DNA of 50,153 nucleotides from Polyangiales bacterium (GTDB lineage: Bacteria; Myxococcota_A; Polyangia; Polyangiales; Houyiibacteriaceae): the NCBI GenBank assembly GCA_045106895.1, contig JBGCFM010000094.1, positions 1 through 50,153 of the forward strand, written 5' to 3'. Below are positions 9,461-17,072 of the stretch, piece after piece (position 1 is the first letter of the stretch; each line of letters starts with the position of its first letter). The notes beneath the pieces were generated by a model. The model was given only the letters and a program-made list of their open reading frames with translations. It did no database searches and was not told where the DNA came from. A program made the translations under genes and the position numbers.

Positions 9461-11550
9461 CGTTCCACCGCCATCGAAGAAGCGGAGCGCGCGGAACGAG
9501 CCAAGGTCGGTGTCGCCGTGGAGGCGGCTGCGATGACCGGCGAGAGAACCACCGTCACGCGGGTACCCGCGGCGGTGACGCTGCCAGCCGCCGGGTCTTG
9601 GGAAGACACGGTTCCGGAACCGTTGAAATCAGCCTGAAGACCGCTCTCATGGAGGCTGACCAGTGCCCGACGAGCGTTGCTTCCGGAGAGGTCGGGGACG
9701 ATGACTTCGCCAGGCGCTGTGGGACGAACCGCGACAACAGAATCCTCATCCGAGACGCCGCCTTCACCTTCGCGCTCGAGGGCGCGTCGTACTCGCGCCT
9801 GCTGACGCGAGTGACGAGCGAGCGCCGCACCGCCGGTGGCCGAGGGCACACCAAGGTGCCTAAGAGACGCTTCGCCGACACGGCGAAACACTGGGCCCGC
9901 GACGACGCCGCCGTAGTGAGCGAGAATAGGTTCATCGATGACCACGGAGATGACTAGGCGCGGGTTGTGCGCTGGAACGAAGCCAACGAAGGACGCCAAC
10001 CACCGGTCTTCGGAGTAGCCGCCGTGAACGTGGTCGGCCTTCTGCGCCGTCCCGGTCTTTCCGGCGACGAGGTATCCATCGATGGCCGCCTCCGTGCCAG
10101 TACCCCCTGGGCCCGTGACACTTGTCATCATGTCCGCGACGAGGCGTGCGATACGCGTCGGAAGAACGCGCCGACGCGTCTCTGGAAGAAACTCGCGCGA
10201 CGCCGCAAGACCCGGCTCACCCACGCGCAGCGCGATGCGCGGCCGGACCAAGCGTCCGCCGTTCGCGATGACGCTCATCGCCGTCGCGAGCTGAACGCTC
10301 GTCAAACTCATGCCCTGCCCGAAAGCGATGGTCGCCGTATCCATCTCGGACCATTGCCGATGAGGCCGCAGCGAGCCGGAGACTTCACCTGGCATTGAGA
10401 GACCCGTGACCTCGCCAAAGCCGAACGAGCGAAACGCGCGGTAAAGACCGCGTCGACCCATTCGAAGTCCAATCTTCGAAGTGCCGATGTTGCTCGAGAG
10501 GCCGAGGATCTGCGCCAACATCAGGTCATCGTGGGGCGTCGTGTCGTGAATCGTGTACTGGAGCACGTCCATGTCGCCGCCTTCGCAGTCGATGGATTCG
10601 TTGCTCTCGATGACGCCCGCGTGGAGCGCCGCCGCGATGGTGAAAGGCTTGACGGTTGAGCCGGGCTCGTAGCGGTCCGTGAGAGCGCGGTTACGACGGT
10701 GGCTCGCCGGCGCGTCGCCGGGAGCGTTGGGGTCGTAGTTCGGCCAGTTCGCGAGCGCGAGAACTTCGCCGCTCTCCGGGTCCATGACCACGACGCTTCC
10801 CGCGCGGGCTTCAAAGGTGTTCGCCGTCAACGCAAGCTCGCGCTCAGCGATCTGCTGAATCGTTCGGTCGAGAGTCAGCGTTAGGTCCGCGCCTTCATGG
10901 CCGGGGTCATCGACGAAGGTCTCGCTGAAGACGATGCGACCTCGGTTGTCGCGCAGCACCGGAACCGTGCGCCGGTCTCCGCGAAGCTCTTCCTCGAAGG
11001 AAAGCTCGACGCCTTCGATGCCGACACCATCGATGTTCGCGAAGCCGAGAACATGGCTGGCCAGGTTGCCGCCTGGGTAAAAACGTCGTGCTTCGCTGTC
11101 CATGTGGACGCCTTCGAGGTCCGCCTCGCGGATAGCCACGGCAAGCTGCGGCGACGCTCGGCGCTTAACCCAGACAAACGCGCGGTCCGACGCAAAGCGG
11201 CGCTCAAGGGTTTCGCGGTCGACACCGGTAAGAACCGACAGACGCGCCGCCGTCGCTACTGTATCGACGCCCAAAGCGAGCATCTCGCGTGGATTCGCCC
11301 AGACGCTTTGAATGTCGACGCTGACGGCCAGCTCCGAACCGTTGCGGTCGTAGATGGTTCCGCGCTTCGGCGCGAGGCGCACATTACGGATGTACTGGTC
11401 CTCAGCCATCTCGCGGAGCGAGGGCGCGCGCTCGACCTGAAGCACATACGCGCGGTACGCGACGCCTCCGCCGTAGACCATAAGCGCGGCTCCGAGCATT
11501 CCGATGCGAATCAGCCCCCAGCGGCGGCGAGATGGTGGAAGGTTATGCAC
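9457..11550 (-). CDS. ftsI: Cell division transpeptidase FtsI/PBP3 with a C-terminal PASTA domain
   Basis: RGTIYDRNG, SxxK (STVK), SxN (SSN) and KTG motifs; VPDLSG...Q.P.AG PASTA-like tail. Confidence 0.95.
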   Translation of the reverse strand: MHNLPPSRRRWGLIRIGMLGAALMVYGGGVAYRAYVLQVERAPSLREMAEDQYIRNVRLAPKRGTIYDRNGSELAVSVDIQSVWANPREMLALGVDTVATAARLSVLTGVDRETLERRFASDRAFVWVKRRASPQLAVAIREADLEGVHMDSEARRFYPGGNLASHVLGFANIDGVGIEGVELSFEEELRGDRRTVPVLRDNRGRIVFSETFVDDPGHEGADLTLTLDRTIQQIAERELALTANTFEARAGSVVVMDPESGEVLALANWPNYDPNAPGDAPASHRRNRALTDRYEPGSTVKPFTIAAALHAGVIESNESIDCEGGDMDVLQYTIHDTTPHDDLMLAQILGLSSNIGTSKIGLRMGRRGLYRAFRSFGFGEVTGLSMPGEVSGSLRPHRQWSEMDTATIAFGQGMSLTSVQLATAMSVIANGGRLVRPRIALRVGEPGLAASREFLPETRRRVLPTRIARLVADMMTSVTGPGGTGTEAAIDGYLVAGKTGTAQKADHVHGGYSEDRWLASFVGFVPAHNPRLVISVVIDEPILAHYGGVVAGPVFRRVGEASLRHLGVPSATGGAALARHSRQQARVRRALEREGEGGVSDEDSVVAVRPTAPGEVIVPDLSGSNARRALVSLHESGLQADFNGSGTVSSQDPAAGSVTAAGTRVTVVLSPVIAAASTATPTLARSARSASSMAVER

Positions 11551-11910
11551 TTAGCGCACCCCTCCCGCTGTCTGGCGCTGCTCGCCCGTTGGGACGATGG
11601 GAACAATTCGCTCGGCGTTCGGCGTGTCCATCTGTAGGACCCCGCGACCCACCGCTTCGACGCGCTCGGACTGTCGCAGCGTTGCCGCCTCGAGGCTCAG
11701 GAGACGGCACTCTTCGATGAGGCGACGCTGCTCGCGCCGCTCGGCGCCAACCTCGTAGCCAAGCTCGATGGTCTCGAAGCGCATCGAGAGATGAACGATG
11801 AATGCCGCCGCGGTAGCGAGCACCGCTGCAGTCCAGAGCATGATGAACGACGCGCTGCTCTTCGGCTTCTTGGGCGCCTTGTCCGGGTCGCGGCTGACGT
11901 TCTTTGTCAT
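11551..11910 (-). CDS. ftsL: Cell division protein FtsL
   Basis: Start re-called to ATG 11910 (ATGA overlap with the rsmH stop). Short basic N-terminus, one TM helix and a coiled coil; lies between rsmH and ftsI. Confidence 0.85.
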   Translation of the reverse strand: MTKNVSRDPDKAPKKPKSSASFIMLWTAAVLATAAAFIVHLSMRFETIELGYEVGAERREQRRLIEECRLLSLEAATLRQSERVEAVGRGVLQMDTPNAERIVPIVPTGEQRQTAGGVR

Positions 11911-12800
11911 TGGCCGGGCTCCCGTCCGACGCGCTGCCCGACTCGAAGCTTGGCGGTGCGTGCGCGCGAGTTGACGGACTTCTCGTCCTCCCCCGCGATA
12001 ATGGGCTTCTTTGTCTTCGGCGCGATGCGCGCGTCGTTTCGGAACGCCCACTTCACGCGACGGTCTTCGAGGGAGTGAAACGAGATCACCGCGAGGTGGC
12101 CACCATCCGCAAGAACGTTCGGTACCTGGTCGAGCAGACGGTCGAGCTCACCGAGCTCGTCGTTGACGGCGATACGCAACGCCTGAAACGTTCGCGTCGC
12201 AGGGTCGATGCGGCTGTGCCCGCCACCGAAGACGCGACGCACAGCTCGCGCCAGATCCGCTGTGGTGTGGAGCGCGTCCTCTTCCTCGGCGCGCTTGATG
12301 GAGCGAGCGATGGGCCGGGAGCGGCGCTCTTCGCCGAACTCGTAGATGAGGTTCGCGAGTCCTTCGGCGTCGAGGGACGCGATGAGCTCTTTTGCGCTCA
12401 ATCCGTCGCCGGGATCCATTCGCATGTCGAGGGGACCCTCGTGGCGAAACGAAAACCCGCGCTCAGCGGTGTCGATCTGGTGGGAGCTGACTCCCACGTC
12501 GGCGATGACACCGTCGAAGAAGCCCCAGTCTTCGCGGACCGCACGCTGGGCGAAGCCGCCGAAGGTCCCCTGAACGAGAGTGGCTCGGTCGCCGAAGCGC
12601 GCGAGTCGTTCCCCGGCCGCTTTGAGCGCGTCGACGTCTCGGTCCACTCCGATCAAACGGCCCGTCGGGCCACAAGCTTCCAGAATCGCCTCGGCGTGTC
12701 CGCCGCCCCCGAGGGTCAGGTCCGCGTAGAGTCCTCCGTCGCGTGGCTCGACGGCTGCGACGGTCTCCTGAAGGAGCACGGTCTTGTGCGAGAAACTCAT
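11907..12800 (-). CDS. rsmH: 16S rRNA m4C1402 methyltransferase
   Basis: DLTLGGGGH, DVGVSSHQ, RGFSF, PLDMRM, FQALRIAVN and SFHSLEDR motifs. Confidence 0.98.
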   Translation of the reverse strand: MSFSHKTVLLQETVAAVEPRDGGLYADLTLGGGGHAEAILEACGPTGRLIGVDRDVDALKAAGERLARFGDRATLVQGTFGGFAQRAVREDWGFFDGVIADVGVSSHQIDTAERGFSFRHEGPLDMRMDPGDGLSAKELIASLDAEGLANLIYEFGEERRSRPIARSIKRAEEEDALHTTADLARAVRRVFGGGHSRIDPATRTFQALRIAVNDELGELDRLLDQVPNVLADGGHLAVISFHSLEDRRVKWAFRNDARIAPKTKKPIIAGEDEKSVNSRARTAKLRVGQRVGREPGQ

Positions 12801-13249
12801 AGCCCGAGCTCCGCCAAGCGCTCGGCCATAGCCAATCGCTTCTCATCGTCATCGAGCACACTCGAGCGAAGCGCGTCGAAACGATCGCTCGACCAAAGCT
12901 CCGCGTGAGGACCCATTCCCGCCCAGAGCGCGTCCCGCTCGAGGTGAGCATGTTTGCGGAGCGATGCGGGAATGAGCACGCGGCCCATCTTGTCGAGCTC
13001 CACCTCCACGGCGCCGGACACGTAGATGCGACGGATCATGGCCACGCTCGGATCGAAGCGAGGAAGACTCGCAAGTCGCTCTTCGAAGGCGAGCCATTCC
13101 TGCATTGGGTAGGCCGTGACGCAGGGCTCGAGGCCACTGGTGAGGATCAGCCGTGAGTCCCCAGACGCACCGAGGACTTCGCGAAACTTCGCGGGAAGAG
13201 ACGTGCGTCCCTTCTTATCTATCGCGTGTTCGTAGCGGCCCCGAAACAA
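12797..13249 (-). CDS. mraZ: Transcriptional regulator MraZ
   Basis: Start re-called to TTG 13249 (MFRGRYEHAIDKKGR). Two DxxGR motifs (DKKGR, DKMGR); first gene of the dcw cluster. Confidence 0.95.
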   Translation of the reverse strand: MFRGRYEHAIDKKGRTSLPAKFREVLGASGDSRLILTSGLEPCVTAYPMQEWLAFEERLASLPRFDPSVAMIRRIYVSGAVEVELDKMGRVLIPASLRKHAHLERDALWAGMGPHAELWSSDRFDALRSSVLDDDEKRLAMAERLAELGL

Positions 13250-13297
13250 AGTCGTTTTCCCATCCAGTAAATCCCGCTGTTCCGCGGGCGGACGAAT

Positions 13298-13326
13298 ATG
13301 GCACTTCTTGCCACTTCTTACCACCA
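13298..13326 (-). promoter_or_regulatory. MraZ-binding direct repeats (three boxes, 10-bp period)
   Basis: Minus strand reads GTGGtaagaa-GTGGcaagaa-GTGCcat directly downstream of the -10 element, matching the GTGG/TGGG 10-bp-periodic MraZ operator architecture. Confidence 0.8.
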
Positions 13327-13329
13327 ACG

Positions 13330-13358
13330 AATCTACGCTTCGGGATTTTTGGGGTCAA
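13330..13358 (-). promoter_or_regulatory. Sigma70-type promoter of the dcw operon
   Basis: Minus strand TTGACC (13358-13353), 17-nt spacer, TAGATT (13335-13330). Confidence 0.75.
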
Positions 13359-13588
13359 CTTCGTGGAGCAGATGACGCAAACACCTCTCAAACCCTTGTT
13401 TTCTTTTACTTTTTCTTCAAACGTGGGTTTTGGGGGCAAGAAGGGGGCAAAAAGTGCCAAGGGGGCATGGATTCGACACTGCGACACCGTCAAAGAACGC
13501 CAGACTTGTCGCCTCGGTCGTCACAAAGAAGACAAGTTCGACTACTTGACAACGAAAACAGTGACACCGTTGGCAAGCAATTGGAACC

Positions 13589-13617
13589 TTGGCATTTTCG
13601 TCCTGCAAATCTAGGAT
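13589..13617 (+). promoter_or_regulatory. Putative sigma70 promoter
   Basis: TTGGCA-N17-TAGGAT, 6 nt before GTG 13624. Confidence 0.5.
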
Positions 13618-13623
13618 CAGGGA

Positions 13624-13974
13624 GTGTCGAAAGACCCCTCAGCCTCGAAGCCCCACCAAGAGGCCATTTTGTCCGCGTGGGACTCTTTGGAGGCATCTTG
13701 GGACAATGATGACGCGCACCGAAAGTTTTTGGCGCTTTGCCAGAGCCTCGATCGGCTCGACGCAGCGGGTCAGCTCTATCGAAAAGTGGCCGAATCCTCG
13801 GGCCCGCGGGCAAAGGAGGCCAAAACCCGCATCGACCAACTCATGGTGCGCGCCATGGCGAACATGCAGGCCCTGCGGGTAGAACCCAATTCCCGGCCGC
13901 GTTCCCTCGTCCTTCTGATGGGCATCGTACTGGTGGTTATCCTGCTGAGCTTCGCGGCGAGTTTTTTCGTTTAG
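13624..13974 (+). CDS. Hypothetical helical protein with a C-terminal membrane anchor
   Basis: 116-aa ORF filling the gap upstream of the GTPase gene; WxxLxxxWD...H..F motif and a hydrophobic C-terminal segment. Confidence 0.7.
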   Translation: MSKDPSASKPHQEAILSAWDSLEASWDNDDAHRKFLALCQSLDRLDAAGQLYRKVAESSGPRAKEAKTRIDQLMVRAMANMQALRVEPNSRPRSLVLLMGIVLVVILLSFAASFFV

Positions 13975-14023
13975 CGGCGCGATTTCACCGCGGCTCAACC
14001 ACCGTCTGATAGGCTCGCGCTAC

Positions 14024-14689
14024 ATGCAGCTGGACTTCAAGACCCGCGAAGTCACCGTGAAACTCGTTTACTACGGGCCAGCGTTGAGCGGGAAGACCAC
14101 CAATCTTCAGGCGATTCATCGACTCGTCAGCGGCGACGCCGCCGGGCGCCTGATGACCCTCGAAACCCGAGATGATCGAACGCTCTTCTTTGATCTGCTT
14201 CCGCTGACCTTCGAAGGCGGTGGCGGGATTCAAGTTCGCTTCAAGCTCTTCACGGTGCCCGGCCAGGTCATCCATGACGCGACGCGACGGCTCGTACTTC
14301 AGGGAGCGGATGGCACCGCCTTCATTGCCGACTCCCAAGTGAGCGAGACGAAGGCGAACCAGCAAGCGTTTCGCAATATGCAAAAGAACTTGAAAGAGAA
14401 CGGCGTCGACCCGAAGACGCACCCTCTCGTTCTGCAGTTCAACAAACGCGACCTCCCGGGCATTCGAACCGACGAAGAGATCGACGCGATGGCCGCCAAG
14501 GGTAAGGAGCCGGTGTTCAAGGCCGTCGCTCTGCGCGGGACCGGCGTCATGGAGACCTTCCTTGGGTTGACGGAGCTCACGTGGCGACGCCTAGAAGAGA
14601 TGCACAAGCTCCACGAGAAGTTCGGCCTCGACCCGGACGAATTCCTAGCTGGCATTCGTCAACGTCTCGGCGCCGGGAGGGCCGCATGA
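14024..14689 (+). CDS. MglA-family small Ras-like GTPase (orphan, SofG-like)
   Basis: KLVYYGPALSGKTTNL (G1), DRTLFFD (G2), TVPGQ (G3) and NKRD (G4) motifs; no mglB adjacent. Confidence 0.9.
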   Translation: MQLDFKTREVTVKLVYYGPALSGKTTNLQAIHRLVSGDAAGRLMTLETRDDRTLFFDLLPLTFEGGGGIQVRFKLFTVPGQVIHDATRRLVLQGADGTAFIADSQVSETKANQQAFRNMQKNLKENGVDPKTHPLVLQFNKRDLPGIRTDEEIDAMAAKGKEPVFKAVALRGTGVMETFLGLTELTWRRLEEMHKLHEKFGLDPDEFLAGIRQRLGAGRAA

Positions 14690-16131
14690 GCCCAAGTAGG
14701 AAGCGGCAGGAGAGCACCGAACTGCCTTCCATCCAGGATGTGGGTGAACCCTCGAACATCGACATCTCGATGGGGGACATTTCGCGACTTGAGGAAGTCG
14801 TCGACCGTGACGCGCTCCGCGACGTCTGCCACTCATTCTTCGACCTCTTTGGTCTCTCCATCCGTATCTACTCCTCCACCGGGTCTCTCCTCGCGAACGT
14901 TCACGAACAGCCAGAGGTCTACAAGTACGTGGACGCTTTCGCCGGCGGGCGGCGCGCCGTCGCCCACACCGTCGAAGCGGTCAAACGTCTGAAGCCCAAA
15001 AAAGAAGTCGAGCGCTTCACGTGCTTTAGCGGCGCTATCTACGATGTGCTCCCGCTGACGTATCAGGGCCGCACCGTTGGCCGAATCGTCGTGGGTCCAT
15101 ACCTGCCGGCGGAGCTCAAGGAAGTCCCGAAGACGCTGACCCGCGTCGACCCTGACGTCGACCGGGAGCTCGCACGTGACGCCCTGGCGAAGATGGCCCG
15201 CGTCCGCGGCGAGACCATCGAACGCATCGTCGCTCACCTCCGTCGCATCGTGGACCTCCTCCTCTTCTCGAGCCACCGCGCTCACCTGACGAGCGAGATG
15301 CATGTCGCGAGTGTTCGCGCCAGCTACCGTGAGCTCGCGGAGAAAACCGTCAGTCTCCAGGGCGCGTATGAACGCCTGAAAGAGCTCGACCAGCTCAAGT
15401 CGAACTTCCTCGCCACCGTGAGTCACGAGCTGCGTACTCCGCTGACTTCGATCATCGGCTACAGCGAGATGCTCGAGAGCGGAATCGCCGGCGACCTCGA
15501 GAGTGAACAGCGCGAGTTCGTCGAGACCATCCGCACCAAGGGCGAGCAGCTGCTTGCGCTCATCACAAGTCTTCTGGACTTGAGCAAACTTGAGCAAGGC
15601 GTGCTGCGCATCGAGGCGACCCCCCTGAATGTGGCGGCCATCGTCGATGATATCGCCAAGACTTTTCACCCTCACGCCGTCAAGAAAGGCGTCGAGATCG
15701 TCTCCCACGTCGGTGACGACCTTCCCGCTGTCATGGGGGACGCGATGCGCATGAAGCAGGTGCTTTCAAACCTCGCCGAGAACGCCATCAAGTTTACGCC
15801 GGCGGGCGGCACCGTCACCTTCTCCGCCGAGGCGAGGGAGGTTGAAGACGAAGACGGTCTTGGCGCGGCGCTCATGTCGGAGCCTCGCCAGGGCGTAGCT
15901 TTCTTGGTCCGCGACAGCGGTCAAGGAATGCCCAAGGACGAGCTGCCACGCATCTTCGACGCGTTCTACCAAGTAGACGGCGGCTCAACGCGTGAGCACG
16001 GTGGAACCGGTCTTGGGCTGTCCATCGTGAAGCGCCTCGTCGACGCCCACCACGGCACCATCACCGTCGACAGCGAACTGGGGAAAGGCACCGAGTTTGT
16101 CGTCCTCATCCCGGAGCCCGAAGAAGACTAA
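14686..16131 (+). CDS. Cytoplasmic sensor histidine kinase with a PocR-like N-terminal domain
   Basis: Start re-called to ATG 14686 (ATGA overlap with the GTPase stop). SHELRTPL, NLAENAIKFT, DSGQG and GTGLGL motifs; N-terminus F..LFGLSIRI...CFSG...PL...G..VGPY resembles PocR; no TM segments. Confidence 0.9.
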   Translation: MSPSRKRQESTELPSIQDVGEPSNIDISMGDISRLEEVVDRDALRDVCHSFFDLFGLSIRIYSSTGSLLANVHEQPEVYKYVDAFAGGRRAVAHTVEAVKRLKPKKEVERFTCFSGAIYDVLPLTYQGRTVGRIVVGPYLPAELKEVPKTLTRVDPDVDRELARDALAKMARVRGETIERIVAHLRRIVDLLLFSSHRAHLTSEMHVASVRASYRELAEKTVSLQGAYERLKELDQLKSNFLATVSHELRTPLTSIIGYSEMLESGIAGDLESEQREFVETIRTKGEQLLALITSLLDLSKLEQGVLRIEATPLNVAAIVDDIAKTFHPHAVKKGVEIVSHVGDDLPAVMGDAMRMKQVLSNLAENAIKFTPAGGTVTFSAEAREVEDEDGLGAALMSEPRQGVAFLVRDSGQGMPKDELPRIFDAFYQVDGGSTREHGGTGLGLSIVKRLVDAHHGTITVDSELGKGTEFVVLIPEPEED

Positions 16132-16143
16132 GCGTCTCGAGGC

Positions 16144-17061
16144 GTGAACGAGCACGAACGAATCGCGTGGCTTCTCAGCCGCCCTTCAGACTCTCCCCAC
16201 CTGACCCTCGCCAACGGCGATGACGCCGCCACGGTGAACGCTCCAAGCGGCGCCGTCATAAGCGTCGACGCGCAAGTGGAAGGAACGCACTTCAAGCGCT
16301 CCTTCGCCGACTGGGCCACGCTCGGCAGACGCGCCGTCGTCGCAGCGCTGAGTGACCTCGCGGCCATGGGCGCTTCGCCACGCGCCGTATTCTCGTCTTT
16401 GGTTCTGCCCGCTGAGTTCGTCGAAGACGACTTTCACTCCCTGACGCGCGGAATCGCACGCGGCGCTGAAGAGTCCGGCGTCGTCGTCGCCGGAGGAAAC
16501 CTAAGCGGTGGCCCCTGTGTGATGATCGATACAACTGTCGTTGGCGAGGCTCCAAAGGGCGTCGTCACTCGCTCCGGTGCCGCCCCCGGCGATGGCCTCT
16601 TCGTTACCGGCGTTCTCGGGGCAGCGGCGCTTGGCCTCGCGGCGCTCCTTGCCGAACGTGAGGACACAAGCCTTCGCCCCTACATCGACGCGTGGCGCGC
16701 CCCCGCCGTCGACTTCACCTTCGCCTCCACGTTGAAGGAACATGCGAGCGCCGCCATCGATATCAGCGACGGGCTCCTTCAAGACCTCAGCCACCTTTGT
16801 CGCGCCTCGGGTGTCAGCGCGGAGCTCGATGAGCTGTCGCTTGCGCCATCGGACGGCTTTCGCGCGGCGGCAGAGAAGTTGGGTCGCGACCCACGAGAGC
16901 TCGTTCTCTCCGGTGGTGAATCCTACTTTCTTCTCTTCGCTTCGCCTCAACCCATCGACGGCGCCACACGAATCGGACGCATCGTGGAGTCCGCGAGCGC
17001 TCCGGTGTTCAACGTCCGCGGAGACGTGCTCCAGGCGCCAGGATTCGATCACTTCACGTAG
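16144..17061 (+). CDS. thiL: Thiamine-monophosphate kinase
   Basis: GDDAA, VEGTHF, LSDLAAMGA, GGNL, DISDGLLQDL and GGE motifs. Confidence 0.93.
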   Translation: MNEHERIAWLLSRPSDSPHLTLANGDDAATVNAPSGAVISVDAQVEGTHFKRSFADWATLGRRAVVAALSDLAAMGASPRAVFSSLVLPAEFVEDDFHSLTRGIARGAEESGVVVAGGNLSGGPCVMIDTTVVGEAPKGVVTRSGAAPGDGLFVTGVLGAAALGLAALLAEREDTSLRPYIDAWRAPAVDFTFASTLKEHASAAIDISDGLLQDLSHLCRASGVSAELDELSLAPSDGFRAAAEKLGRDPRELVLSGGESYFLLFASPQPIDGATRIGRIVESASAPVFNVRGDVLQAPGFDHFT

Positions 17062-17072
17062 CGCGCTCAAGA

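Noticed and set aside
13461..13480. GGGGGCATGGATTCGAC, resembling a tmRNA 5' end
   Set aside because: The spacing is too short, only about 150 nt remain before the next gene, and no T-arm or CCA 3' end is visible.
13153..13813. Several short ORFs across the mraZ upstream region
   Set aside because: The region is AT-rich regulatory DNA containing promoter and operator motifs; the translations have atypical composition.
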